64,000 nucleotides of DNA, taken from NCBI GenBank assembly GCA_963828125.1, contig CAWHDP010000002.1, positions 64,001-128,000 on the forward strand, in the 5' to 3' direction. The DNA comes from an uncultured Chlamydiae bacterium. Lineage in GTDB: Bacteria > Chlamydiota > Chlamydiia > Chlamydiales > SM23-39. Below the pieces are notes generated by a model that made no database searches, was not told the DNA's origin, and worked only from the letters and a program-made list of their open reading frames with translations. The number at the start of each line of letters is the position of its first letter. Position 1 is the first letter of the stretch. This document shows positions 21,356-33,040 of this stretch, piece after piece. Both the position numbers and the translations under genes were made by a program.

Positions 21356-22059
21356 GATGCACCTGCCAGATAACCGAGTTTTTCAAAGGCCTCTTTTAGA
21401 GGGGCGTTCTCTTTTTTATCCAAAGCCCCCTCGCGGGCGAGCCATTTGGCGTATTCTTTTGGGATCTCGGTCAGGAGTTTGCCGGCGTGTTTGCCGAAGG
21501 GCATCTTCTGTAGGTCGGATGCAGGGGGTGTTTGGCTGAGAAGAGAGAGAATGGTCCTCATCTCCAGATCATCGATCATACGGCTAAAGACTTGATGCAG
21601 GACGTAGACGTCGTCCAGCGCCCGGTGGGCCTGGTTCGATTCGATTCCGTAGACCTCTCTCAAAAACTGGAGGCTGTGTTTCGGAAGATCTCTTCGGTAT
21701 TTGCGGGACCATTTGAGAGAGTCGATGAAGATCCAGTTAGGCATAGACAGGCCAGCTCTTTGAAATTCGGCGTCCAAAAAAAGCTTGTCGAAAGCGTCAT
21801 TATTATGGGCGATGAGGACAAATTCGCCAGTGCAAAAGTTTGTAAACGCTTGGAGCGCCTCTTGGATAGGAGGGGCCCCTTTGACCATCTCGTCGGTGAT
21901 CCCGCTGATCGCTGTCGAATCGGGGGGGATGGGACAGCCGGGATTTGTGAACATGCAAAACTTCCGATCTTCTGCCGGGTCGAACGCGGCGATTTCAATG
22001 ATCCGGTCTTTTCCCGGTTTGACCCCGGTTGTCTCTGTATCGTAATATATGGGGCGCAT
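21352..22059 (-). CDS. dnaQ: DEDDh 3'-5' exonuclease (DNA Pol III epsilon-like) with C-terminal MPFGKH domain
   Basis: YDTETTG, AHNNDAFD, AHRALDD, MPFGKHAG. Confidence 0.85.
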   Translation of the reverse strand: MRPIYYDTETTGVKPGKDRIIEIAAFDPAEDRKFCMFTNPGCPIPPDSTAISGITDEMVKGAPPIQEALQAFTNFCTGEFVLIAHNNDAFDKLFLDAEFQRAGLSMPNWIFIDSLKWSRKYRRDLPKHSLQFLREVYGIESNQAHRALDDVYVLHQVFSRMIDDLEMRTILSLLSQTPPASDLQKMPFGKHAGKLLTEIPKEYAKWLAREGALDKKENAPLKEAFEKLGYLAGAS

Positions 22060-22156
22060 AAAAACCTCTTGAACAAGAAGTTAGTAAGCCGAATTTCGAC
22101 TTTTTTCTCAACTTTTTCTCGTCTTTTCTGTATGATTCTCCTCTTTGGAGGTATGC

Positions 22157-22318
22157 ATGAACCGTTGGATATGTCTTTCTCTCATCGCTTTAACAGGCTG
22201 TTTTCAGGCCTACAATCCGGACGACGATCTCAGGGCGGTCCCTGTGACCAACAACCCTCACATAGTCCCTAACTATGGGAACGGCATGCCCGGAATTGGC
22301 GGCGGGGGTGCCTATTGA
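22157..22318 (+). CDS. Small lipoprotein (53 aa)
   Basis: Below the track cut-off. GGAGGT RBS. MNRWICLSLIALTGCFQAYNPDDDLRAVPVTNNPHIVPNYGNGMPGIGGGGAY, with LTGC lipobox. Confidence 0.75.
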   Translation: MNRWICLSLIALTGCFQAYNPDDDLRAVPVTNNPHIVPNYGNGMPGIGGGGAY

Positions 22319-22343
22319 CAACGGCGCCAAAGTCGGTTAAGCT
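22315..22343 (+). promoter_or_regulatory. Candidate sigma70/66 promoter for pdhABC
   Basis: TTGACA-17 nt-TAAGCT, 21 nt upstream of the pdhA ATG. Confidence 0.55.
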
Positions 22344-22364
22344 GACAAGACAGGTTCTGCAATC

Positions 22365-23393
22365 ATGAAAAGAAGTCCCGCCTACACCTTTTTTAGGGGA
22401 GATCCCGGCAAGATCGCCTCCAAGCTCGGTCAGGAAAGCTTGCTGAACGTCCTCAAACAGATGCTCTTGGTGCGCAATTTTGAAATCCGAGGCGAGCAGG
22501 CCTACCAGCAGGGGAAAGTGGGGGGATTCTATCACTCTTACATGGGCCAAGAGGCAATCCAAGCAGGATGTACGGCTGCCGTAGGCTTAAATAACTGGTT
22601 TACAACGACTTACCGCTGTCATGCTCTGGCTCTTTTGCTGGGTGTAACGCCCAATGAGGCGATGGCGGAGCTCTACGGGCGCTCTACGGGGAATGCGATG
22701 GGGCGGGGCGGTTCGATGCACCTTTATTCGGAGCGGATGCTTGGAGGCCTTGCCATCGTGGGCGGCCATGTGCCGATCGCGACGGGAGCTGCGTTCAGCA
22801 TCAAGTATCTCAAACAAAAAAATAGGGCGAGTTTTTGTTTTCTCGGCGATGGGGCGGTGGTGCAGGGGGCGGTGCATGAATCGCTCAACTTGGCGGCCCT
22901 TTGGGATCTCCCTTGCATTTATGTGATTGAGAATAATCAGTGGGGGATGGGGACGGCCGTTTCGCGCGCGGTCTGTATGGAGCCCATTGGGGAGAATTTA
23001 GCGAAGGCCTATGGGATCCAATCCTACACAGTCGACGGCTCCAATTTTTTCGATTGCTATGCCCTTTTTGAAGAGGTGTATCAAAAAACCCTTGAAACGA
23101 GTCGCCCTGTCCTCATCGAGGCGGTGACAGAGCGGTTCAGAGGACATTCGATCTCTGATCCGGGCCATTATAGGACGAAGGAGGAGCTGGCTCTTGTAAT
23201 GGAAAAAAGGGATCCGATCGCCCTTTTAAAGAGGAGTCTCATTGAACAAGGGATGTTGACTGAGGAGCAATTCAAAGAGTTCGATCAAGAGCAAAGGGAG
23301 ATCGTGATGGCGGCGATGAAATTTGCAGACGAGAGTCCCTGGCCCGATCCGATGACCCTTGAGCAGGGCGTCTTTGCGCCGGAGGAGAAGTGA
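22365..23393 (+). CDS. pdhA: Pyruvate dehydrogenase E1 alpha
   Basis: GFYHSYMGQEA, GRGGSMH, GDGA...N TPP motif, RFRGHSISDP. Confidence 0.97.
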   Translation: MKRSPAYTFFRGDPGKIASKLGQESLLNVLKQMLLVRNFEIRGEQAYQQGKVGGFYHSYMGQEAIQAGCTAAVGLNNWFTTTYRCHALALLLGVTPNEAMAELYGRSTGNAMGRGGSMHLYSERMLGGLAIVGGHVPIATGAAFSIKYLKQKNRASFCFLGDGAVVQGAVHESLNLAALWDLPCIYVIENNQWGMGTAVSRAVCMEPIGENLAKAYGIQSYTVDGSNFFDCYALFEEVYQKTLETSRPVLIEAVTERFRGHSISDPGHYRTKEELALVMEKRDPIALLKRSLIEQGMLTEEQFKEFDQEQREIVMAAMKFADESPWPDPMTLEQGVFAPEEK

Positions 23394-24373
23394 TGGGGGG
23401 GCAGATTGTTGAAATTAGAGAGGCGCTCCGCCAGGCGATCGATGAGGAGATGACTCGTGATAGAACTGTCTTTGTGATCGGCGAAGAGGTGGCGGAGTAC
23501 AACGGCGCTTATAAAGTGACTAAGGGGATGCTTGCTAAGTGGGGCCCTGAGAGAATCATCGACACGCCGATTGCGGAAAACGGCTTTGCAGGCCTTGCGA
23601 TTGGCGCAGCGCAGACTGGGCTTAGGCCAATTGTCGAGTTCATGAGTTGGAATTTTTCCTTTGTGGCGGCCGATCAATTGATTTCAAACGCGTGCAAGGC
23701 TCATTATATGTCGGGCGGCCGTTTTAAAGTGCCGATCGTGTTCCGCGGCCCCAATGGCGCTGCGGCGCAGGTCTCTTGCCAGCACTCCCACTGCGTCGAG
23801 GCGATCTATGGCAATCTTCCTGGGTTTATCGTGATTGCGCCGAGCAATTCTTATGATGCAAAAGGTCTTTTGAAATCGGCGATCCGGTCGAACAATCCGG
23901 TCATTTTCCTCGAGAATGAACTCGAGTACGGGGAAAAGATGGAGATCCCGACCGAAGAGTATCTCGTCCCGATCGGCAAAGCGAAAGTGATCCGAGAAGG
24001 GAAGCACGTCACCTTAATTTCATATAGCCGGATGTTGAAATTTTGCCGTGAGGCGGCCGATGAGATGGCCAAAAAAGGGGTCGCGGTAGAGATCATCGAT
24101 TTAAGAACCATCAAGCCGCTCGATATTGCGACTGTGGCCTCGTCGGTTCGTAAAACCCATCGATGTGTGATCGTTGAAGAGGGGCATATCTTTGCCGGTA
24201 TTTCGGCAGAAGTCGGCTTCCAGATCATCGAGCACTGTTTTGACGATCTCGACGCTCCATTAGTCCGCGTTTGCCAGAGGGAGACCCCCATGCCTTATTC
24301 CAAAGGGCTGGAAAGAGAGACTCTCCCCAATAAAGAGAGAATTTTAGTTGCCCTGGAAGAAGTCCTCGCCTAA
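23390..24373 (+). CDS. pdhB: Pyruvate dehydrogenase E1 beta
   Basis: GEEVAEYNGAYKVT, DTPIAE, FRGPNGAA. Confidence 0.97.
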   Translation: MMGGQIVEIREALRQAIDEEMTRDRTVFVIGEEVAEYNGAYKVTKGMLAKWGPERIIDTPIAENGFAGLAIGAAQTGLRPIVEFMSWNFSFVAADQLISNACKAHYMSGGRFKVPIVFRGPNGAAAQVSCQHSHCVEAIYGNLPGFIVIAPSNSYDAKGLLKSAIRSNNPVIFLENELEYGEKMEIPTEEYLVPIGKAKVIREGKHVTLISYSRMLKFCREAADEMAKKGVAVEIIDLRTIKPLDIATVASSVRKTHRCVIVEEGHIFAGISAEVGFQIIEHCFDDLDAPLVRVCQRETPMPYSKGLERETLPNKERILVALEEVLA

Positions 24374-24399
24374 TATAGTGCTTTTAAGCGAGGTGTGCT

Positions 24400-25677
24400 A
24401 TGCAATTCACTGTGACGATGCCTAAACTTTCCCCCACGATGGAAGAGGGGACGATCGCCAAATGGCACAAGAAAGAAGGGGACAAAGTCGGGGCAGGGGA
24501 GCTACTCGTCGATGTAGCCACCGATAAAGCGACCATCGAATACAATGCCCTCGACGAGGGGTATCTTCGGAAGATTCTGATTCCGAATGGGGGTCATGCT
24601 GTCGTCAATCAGCCGATTGCCCTATTCACAGAAAAAGCAAACGAACATTTCGCACTCCCAGAGGTTAAGCCCGAGCCGCCCAAAGCCGCTGCTCCGTCTA
24701 CAGCCGCCCCTACCGCTTCTATCAAGCCTGCTGTTGCGGCAGCCATGCAGCAGCCCGCCTTCGCGCCGGAACCGCCTCTGGAAAAATATGAGTTCGCCTT
24801 TCCAACAGGTGGCTCCGGTAGGCGCACGCCAGCCTCTCCGCTCGCGAAAAAGCTCGCCAAAGAGAAGGGGCTCGACATCGCCTCGGTGAAAGGCTCCGGG
24901 CCAGGCGGGAGGGTCGTTAGCCGCGATCTCGACCTCGCGCAGCCCGATCAGACAGTCTCCTTTGGGAAACGGGAGGCGCCGACCGAGACGCCCGGCAGCT
25001 ATGAGGAGCTCTCCCTCACCCCGATGCGCAAAGTGATCGCGCAAAGATTGCAGCAAGCCAAGAGTTTTATTCCTCATATCTATGTGAGACAAGAGATCGA
25101 TGCGGCCCCCCTTGTTGAGGCGCGCGAGCAGCTCAAAAGCGGGAACGTAAAAGTGACGTTCAACGACTTCGTGATTAGGGCCTGCGCCCTCGCTCTCCGG
25201 GAACACCCGAATGCCAACAGCGGCTTTGATTCAGTGAACCAGTCGATCATTCTGTTTAAGACGGTCGATATTTCCGTAGCAGTCACTGTGGAAGGGGGGC
25301 TGATTACCCCGATCATCCGTCACGCCGACTACAAAAACCTCGGTGAAATATCGCTTGAAGTCAAAGAACTTGCGACAAGAGCCCGCGCAGGGAAATTGCA
25401 GCCCGAGGAGTACAAAGGGGGATCGTTCACGATCTCCAATATGGGGATGTTCGGAGTGAGCGACTTCGCCGCCATCATCAATCCCCCCCAAGCAGCGATC
25501 CTCGCCATTGGCGGCATCGAAGAGTGTCCTTGCGTGAGACAGGGGCAAGTGGTGGTGGGGAAGCGGATGCATTTGATCCTTTCCGCCGACCACAGAGTGC
25601 TAGACGGGGCCGAGGCCGCCAAGTTCATCAAGGCTGTTCAAAAATATCTAGAGAATCCGGCGCTACTGCTGGTTTAA
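24400..25677 (+). CDS. pdhC: Dihydrolipoamide acetyltransferase (E2)
   Basis: Lipoyl motif TDKA, ASPLAKKLA E3-binding domain, DHRVLDG. Confidence 0.97.
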   Translation: MQFTVTMPKLSPTMEEGTIAKWHKKEGDKVGAGELLVDVATDKATIEYNALDEGYLRKILIPNGGHAVVNQPIALFTEKANEHFALPEVKPEPPKAAAPSTAAPTASIKPAVAAAMQQPAFAPEPPLEKYEFAFPTGGSGRRTPASPLAKKLAKEKGLDIASVKGSGPGGRVVSRDLDLAQPDQTVSFGKREAPTETPGSYEELSLTPMRKVIAQRLQQAKSFIPHIYVRQEIDAAPLVEAREQLKSGNVKVTFNDFVIRACALALREHPNANSGFDSVNQSIILFKTVDISVAVTVEGGLITPIIRHADYKNLGEISLEVKELATRARAGKLQPEEYKGGSFTISNMGMFGVSDFAAIINPPQAAILAIGGIEECPCVRQGQVVVGKRMHLILSADHRVLDGAEAAKFIKAVQKYLENPALLLV

Positions 25678-25754
25678 TTTGTAATATGCTAATTGTCTGT
25701 GCATGAGCATATCTTTAGATAGAACATAAAATCTTTATATGACATCATATCCAC

Positions 25755-28700
25755 TTACTTTACAGGAGGTGGGCTATGGGTAAATTTACTAGAGCGGATG
25801 AAAAAATCCTCAAAGGGAAAGTGGGCGATGAGTTCCTTTTCAGTCCTGGGGAAGGATTTGAAAAAGAGGGGGCTGGCGACGAAGAGAAATTTTTTCCTTG
25901 CTCGGCTGATTGCGACGTTGAATCTGCGGTAGTCTTTCAAAAAGGGGCTGTGGAGGGTCTCTCGATCGGATACTGTGGCGGAGAAAAACACGAGATTGAA
26001 TTCTTGGCCTTGCATCCGCTCTACTGTATCGATTTTGGGATGTCTGATGGCGAAAGGAAGGGTCTCTTTCAGAGCGCTCAGGATTGTGTTGTTTTGGAGC
26101 CGATGGGGGGAAATAATGCCGATCTCTTCGATGGGAAAGGAGTAGTCTACAGTAAGGCGCTTGACTGCTTGTGCGATCCAGAGGGCCTCTTCTTTTGAGG
26201 ATTGGAGATTCCCTTCATGTTCTACGGGCACAACCGTTAATGGCTTAGATGGGTCGAGGTAGGCGTCGATGGGGTCAGAAAACAGAGGATAATGCGGCAG
26301 CTCGAGTCTTTGGGTTCGCTACGGCGCTCTGAAGCTCTTGGTCATACCAATGCCGGCTGACAAATTGGCAGATCGGTCCATTCATCCGGTGGGTTTCTTT
26401 CAATCGGAGGCGATGTTGAGGTTCGAAACGGGAGATGAGCTCTGCCAAGATGGAGCGGGCGGGGATGTCTACTGCCACAATGGGGGGCAGTTGTTGGGTG
26501 TCTCCGTAGAATAGAGCGTTTCCTTTTCCAAAGACGAGACTTAACAGCGCGTAGGAGGGGAGTATCTGCGAGGCTTCGTCAAAAATGACCCAGTCGAAGA
26601 CGCGCGGGAACTGTTTGCCCTCGAGGAGCTGGTAGGCGCCAAATCCTGTGGCGCCGAGAATAAAGCTCGTGTTTTGCATGGGCGGTTTAGCGTCTGGCAG
26701 TGGCTCTACGCCAGACTTGGCCTCGGTAAAGCGCCCATATTTCCAGATGGGGATTTGTTCTTTTGGGCCGAGGGTGCGCGCGAGTTTGAGTAAAATTTGA
26801 TCGATGGCTTGGTGGGTGAGGGCTGTCACCAGAATTTTGATCGGGCGGTCGATCGATTGTGCATGAGAGATCAGTGCGATCAATGTCCAGACGAGAAGGT
26901 GTGTCTTGCCGGTGCCTGGAGGTCCTTCGATGAGGCCGATGTTTTTTAAAAAGGGGAGGAGCAGAGCCTGTTTTTGCATCGCATTCAGGCTCGCCGCTTC
27001 GGCATGGCTGGCGTACCACTGCTCTACCCACTCTGCTGCAAGGATGGGGGCCTGTTTTCCGTGGCCGTGGAGCGTGTGGATGATCTCGGGTCTAAATTTA
27101 GGGTCTTTGAGCCTTTGTAAAACGGTTTCGATTTTGGGCGCATTCCAGTCTGTCGCACATTCATCGAGGGCGTATAATTGGTTTTTGCCGATGGGCATTT
27201 TGTCAGACAGAGGCTGAATGGAAAGCGTCCCCTCTTCGGGAGAGTAGGAGGTGAGGATGACGGTAAGGCCGTCCTGAATCTGCGCACTATGCGCGGCAGA
27301 GAGTTTGAGGAAGTCGCCGACCCGAAATTTGGCAACGGGCGCTTTGGGATCGATCGAAAAGAAGTAGCGGCTTTCTCTCTTTTCTGAAATGACGCTTAAA
27401 AACGTTAGGGGGCCAATGGCACGAAACTGCTCCACGCGCGTTGCCAGGGGGTTTTTCTGAAAGGCTAGTGTGGCAAGAGTCCGCTCTTCCCACTCCCTGC
27501 GCTGCATGGATAGGTAGGTATCGATAAGACCGGTTGGAGGCGGCGCAGCAGAGCAGGTGCTTTTTACGTGGGAGGCGCACCAGGTACAAATCTGTTTGTA
27601 TAAGTCAGGGGGGACGGAAACATCGTCGTGGTAGAGACTGAGCGGTGGGGGTGGGTCTGTCATCAGCCCTAAGCATCTAGCCACCTGGGTTGCGGTGAGA
27701 TGCCCTTCGACGGGCCAAGTAAAATGTTTTTGGAGAAAAGAGTGGATCGATGGCCAATCATCAGCATTGGGGAGAAAATCGGCAGATTCGGGTTTGACAC
27801 AGACAATCGGTCGTGCGGGCGGGGGCGCTTGGCTTTTCAATAGGGTCTCTTGGTAACAGTAGGAAAAGTAGCGGCAGGAGGTGCAACTGGAGTGCAAAGC
27901 GTATTGGTCGGGAGGTTTCATCGCATCGGTTCTCCATCCAGCGATGAGGTGGGGCATCCAACTGCTAAAAGGGAGGAGCGCGAAAGGGGTCCGTTTTTGC
28001 TCGGCCCCGCTCCGGTGGACTAGGCCTGCGCAGTGGGAAAGGGTCACGGGAACCCCTGGTAAAAGACGCTCTAGCAAGTAGACGTAGAAGGCAAGCCTCC
28101 ATTTTTGGGCATAGGAGAGCGTCTCTTGGGGCTTGACGTCCCACACCTCGAGGCGCACATGGGAGCCTTCGTATTTCAGATAGATCAGGTCGGGACTCCC
28201 TCTCATCGGGAAGGGGTCATCGATGGCTAGTTTTACCCCCGCTAAAAATAGAGAGGTTTGGCTGGCTACACAATCGTCAATCGCTTGTCTCAACGTAAAA
28301 TCAGCTGTTTCGAAGCGTACACCCGCCAATGTTGCGAGGATCTGTTTTTTAAAATCGCTTTTTGGCCAAACCGTTTGCAGGCGGGGATGGGGCTCTATGG
28401 CAAAACCAACACGCTGAAAATGGGCCAACCTCGGACAGGTTTGGTGCGCGACATAGCTTTGTAGTTGGTTCGCTGTCAACCCACGCTCCACGCCTTGAGG
28501 GACTTCGGGAAACAAGAACTGCCCCCACGTCTTTCTCTCGTCTTCCAATGACCATGGCCTACCCACTAGAGGGATCAACTTCTCTGTCGGGAGGTTCTCG
28601 ACGAGAAGCGGCGGAGGCTTTTGGCTCGGTTCTGTCCGATACTTGTCAAAACGCTCTAACACCCTCAGATCTAGGAGGCTAGCACAGATCTCTTTTATTT

Positions 28701-30708
28701 GGAGATCGTCCGGCAGTGAAGAGAGCCAACTGTTCCACGAAAAAGCCTGTCGCAAAAGAGGTAAATACGCTTCTACCCACTCCTGAAAGAGAGGGACAGA
28801 GTAGGGGAGCGTTAGGATTTCGAAGGGGATCCACTCATTGCTTTCAATGGCAATTTCATCAAAACGGACAAATAGCCCTTCCATTTTGGCAGACAATTGA
28901 TGTTTGATCTGGTGGTAAATAATAAAATTTCCAACCGTGCCCAAAAACGTCTCATAACAGTAGGCGCCGGATTGCAAGCGACGGACGTAAAGAGGGCCGT
29001 CTTCTCTGTAAGGCCGGCGTGCATTTTCTAACAAACGCCGTGTACGAGTCAGTAAGCCTTGCAGCTGTATACCATCATCGGCCAATAACTTGGATTTCAT
29101 CGTTTGGGCCACTTCGAAGGAGATCGGCGCTCCACAGCCACTCCAAGAGAGCTCTACACTCACCGGCTCAGCCGATGCTTCGACGAAAACTTCTCGAGAG
29201 GCTCTCTTTTCCTCAATTTGGAGCAATTTCAATCCTCTCCCCGTGAGTTGAAAAATATCGCCGATCTTTAGCTGTTTGATGACAGCTAAGGGGAGTGAAG
29301 CGATCACCTCTTTTTCTAAAATCACCTCGTATTCTTCATCTGCCGGAGGGAAATTGCTCCAAATTTGTTGTCTTTGCAAAGCGATCTTATAGCGCCATCC
29401 GCCAGAAAATAATCCCGGCTCTGGCATCGGCTGCAGCCAATCCTTGGCTCCCATCTTTTCCATGATCACGGGGAGCTCCTCTGCGGTAAAAAGGGGATGT
29501 AATGAATGGAGTGAGATCGCTTTTTTTGCATAGAGACACGATAAAATTTGCTGAAACAACACACTATGGTGGCTTGTCGCGGGACGTTTTTCTACTCTAT
29601 TTTCCTTGCCAAGCTCAAATAGAGCGAGAAATCGGAGGAGCTGGCGCTCCGCCTCGGCGCCATAGCAGACACCCCAAAATTTCAGGATGTTTTGCCTCCG
29701 GTTACCCCTCCCGATCCGCTGCAAAAAGGCCATCGTCGAGGGTGGAGGCCCCATCAACACAACGCCGTCGATATCCCCGATGTCGATCCCCATTTCCAAC
29801 GTACTGGTGGCGATGCAAAGACATTGTTTCCGATCGCGAAAGGACGATTCAATGAAGCGTCGCTCTTTAGTAGAAAGATTGGAATAGTGCAGTAGGACGT
29901 TGCCCTTAAAATTCCCTTCGCAGTTCAAAGCTTCAAATAATTGCTCGCATTTTTTACGGCTGTTTGCAAAGACCAATAACTTTTTGCACGGAAGATCATC
30001 AAAAAAAGGAACTAATTCCCGCCGTTCATCCACAATGTGCACCCAGCAAGGCTCTAGCTTCCGGGCCGCAGATTGTTGATAATAAAACACATTAGTTAGA
30101 TGAAAAAAGGAACGAATGTCCTCTGGATATGTAATGGTGGCCGACAGGGTTAATGTTTGCAGACCTCCCTTAGACTGCACTTCCAGCCGGCGCCGCAGAT
30201 GGGAGAGCTGTGATCCACGCTCCGTCCGGAGAAAAGTATGCACCTCGTCGATGATGAGGACACGAACATGTTTTAAAAAATATTTATTCTCCATATTTTG
30301 GCTGCCCAAGAGGACATCCAACGACTCTGGAGTGAGGATCAGGAGGTGGGGCTTTGCATCTTGTAGAGTTTTTCCATCCCCCGTCCGCATCCCCGATTTT
30401 AGCCCCAGTTGTTTGTAGAGCGGTTGAATCCTCCGATGCATATCCAAAGCCAATGCACGGGTCGGGACGATGTAGAGGATCGTGAAATGGCCCTGATGAG
30501 TCATCAGCCGCTCTGTCGCAGGGGCTAATACCGCCTCTGTTTTTCCCAATCCCGTACCCGCTTGGAGGATGACATCTCTTTTTTCAAGAATCGGCTGGAC
30601 GAGCGCTTTTTGTGCGGCCGTTAAAAAGCCAAATCTTCCGAAAAAGGGGCGGTACGTGTTAGGAAGCTGTTCCAGTACAGAAGATGTCGAGCTGATGAAC
30701 CAACGCCT
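25755..30708 (-). CDS. Lhr-like SF2 helicase - Fe-S PD-(D/E)XK nuclease - Dna2/UPF1-like SF1 helicase fusion (~1,650 aa; one frameshift at ~26313; start uncertain)
   Basis: SF2 motifs: AGTGLGKTEA, PTRAL, IIDEVH, LSAT, TSTLEMGID, QRIGR. Nuclease motifs: CPR...PDL...WDVK...CTSCRYFSYC. SF1 motifs: GPPGTGKT, FDEASQ, GDTQQLPP, HRM, then TVERMQGQE and NVAISRA in 25755-26231. The frame is open upstream to 30708. Confidence 0.85.
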
Positions 30709-31774
30709 TTAGTTTGAATCTTGTTTCTTGGCTGTTTAGTTTTCCGAGAAGGACTCTCATTTGCTGTTTGATTTCCAGAGCTTTGGCCGTAATGTCGATT
30801 TGGTAGGCCTCCGCATAGAGAGTGATGAGTCGATCCTGCAGAGTTTCCCAGCGCGCCAAAGAGGAATCCTGCAATCGGACGATCTGCACACTTTTCCAAG
30901 TCTCAGAGTAATTTTGGGGAAATCGTGGTATTTCACCGCCATATTCCTCAGAGCGAACCTGATCGAAAAAAGTCTCTGTGAACGCGAACACAGGGTACAC
31001 AAAGCCGCTCTGCTGAAAAAACTGACTGAGAATTCCATAGCTCTTAACCCTTGCGCTGAGACGCCCTTGCGCGATCGATTCCGCCTCGTCGAAAAACAGC
31101 ACCAGGCCCTTGAGGCCCATTGCATGAAGGAGTGTGCCTAGAGATTGGATCATTTGGACATATGGGTCATTTCCGCGGACAGTCAAGCGGCTGTTCTCGA
31201 TACCCCTCCACCCCTCTAGCCTTCAAGATCTGTGTTAGACAGGAAATAGGGAGATCGTGGCCCGCCAATGCCTCTCCTAGCCAATAGTCGAAGTCTTTGG
31301 GTTTGAGTCCACTCTTCACCCCTCCCTTTTTGAGGAGGAGCTTATTTTTAGAGCGGAGGGCCTGCAGAATCATCCGAAAACGATGAGGCATGTCGTCGGC
31401 TACTTCCAACAAGCCCTCTTTCCATCTTGCAGCAAACGACTCCCCAGTCGGCAAAGAGAGATTCTTCATGATCGATTGGTACACAACCGGAAATTGATGA
31501 AAAGGGGTCTCCCTTACATCGAGCTGAAGGAAACTCGTCGCATACCCTTGATCGCGAGCCTGTCTCTGTAAGTAAGTCAGGTTATGGGATTTCCCCTGCC
31601 CATACGAGCCGCAAATGCACAAATGACCCGACTGCCCCTTCTCCAGAGCTTTCAAGCCCCTTAAAAGGTCTGGACGAGTCCCTCCTCCTCCATCGTCAAA
31701 CGATCCACCGCGACTGGATCGAAGAGTCCAGCTCTCAGCCGTTCGATGGCTTGTCGTACAGGAAAGGCGCCCAT
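30659..31774 (-). CDS. BrxD/DUF2791-like P-loop ATPase 2 (~370 aa; frameshifts at ~31665 and ~31187)
   Basis: ATG 31774 MGAFPVRQAIERLRAG, then GSYGQGKSH (Walker A), then KGLVLFFDEAE (Walker B), across three frames. Confidence 0.8.
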
Positions 31775-31775
31775 C

Positions 31776-33039
31776 TTATGCATCCCACGCGGGCTCAAGC
31801 TTCTCCGCTCTTTCTCGTTCCATTTCCTGGTGGCTGGCGAGCAGATTGTCGACCAGATTAAAGTCTTGCTGAATATGCCCTTGCTCCGCCATATCGAGGA
31901 AACGGATCATCTGCTTGATGAAGAGGCGCACTTCGCTCAAAATTCCCATCTCCTCCTGTTTTTTGCACATATCTGCAATCAGATTTTCAGAAACCATGTC
32001 CCGAGCCTCCCAGCGATAAGAGATTTCGTGGATTTTTCGTAAACAAACGCCCAGATCGATTAATTCTGGCCGCTTGAGCGGCGTTTTATGCAGATCGATG
32101 AGCGTGCCGCGGTAGTTCACCCCCTCAGAATCCCCCACCGAACGGACGCGGCTCCAGAGCGCATCGTAGGACTTAAATCCTTTTTCCGATAAAAGCACAT
32201 CGGGAATGAGAGAAAAGAACAGTTGCAAATATTCAGAATGCTCGGCGTTATCCATCAGCAACCGAATGTTTTCATAAGCCGCGCTGCGAACAGAACTCCC
32301 TTGCGCCAACACAGTCTCTAGCTCGTCCAAAAGGACAATCAATCCCTTATGGCCCGTGAGCTTCAAAAAGGAGATCAGCGACTGCAAAAACATCTTACTA
32401 TTCGACTTATTCAAAACTTCAAAAATATGGAATTTCGCCAGATTCTTCTTAGGGATCTTTTTCCCCTCTAACCACTGATACAACATCTCCTGCATCGCCG
32501 CTGTCTCTTCTGGCGGCTCATTGTCAGCAGCTTCCCGCAAAAGCCCCATTAGGGCATTGGCAAAGTTGACATCCAACCTGGGAACCCTGCGCAAAGACTG
32601 AAGAAGCGTCTCCCGGTCAACATCCACTTTTTTTTGTTTTTCGACCCACTGCTGCACCAACGCCCGGACGCCCACCCCCTCAAATCGCCCCCGCAGCATG
32701 CTGAACGATCTCTTGGTAGACGAGCTCGAACTTGTGGATAGGAATATCGCGCGTTAACACAACAAAAGAGGCGGCAAACTGCTTTTGCAGCGCCAGCTGA
32801 CAGATCACCGACATAAAATGGGTCTTTCCATCCCCATAATCGCCATTGATGAACCGCACCTTGCCGCCTCCCTCCCCGATGAAGCCATCTAAATCTTCCT
32901 CGACAAACTTAAGCCAATTTTGGCGCCCCACAGTGAAAAACGGCACATACTCCGTCGGAGTAAGCCCCTTCCTAAGACTCTCTATGATCGCTCTGGCTTG
33001 GAACGGTTTCAGCTGCTCAATATCTTCTTTTGTAATCAT
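31776..33039 (-). CDS. BrxD/DUF2791-like P-loop ATPase 1 (~420 aa; frameshift at ~32697)
   Basis: IIESLRKG.P...VGR, GDYGDGKTH, KGLIVLLDELE, YDALWSR. Confidence 0.85.
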
Positions 33040-33040
33040 A

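Noticed and set aside
27850..28480. Cas4-like motif as evidence of CRISPR-Cas
   Set aside because: It is an internal domain of a helicase. No cas1/cas2 and no repeat-spacer array in the window.
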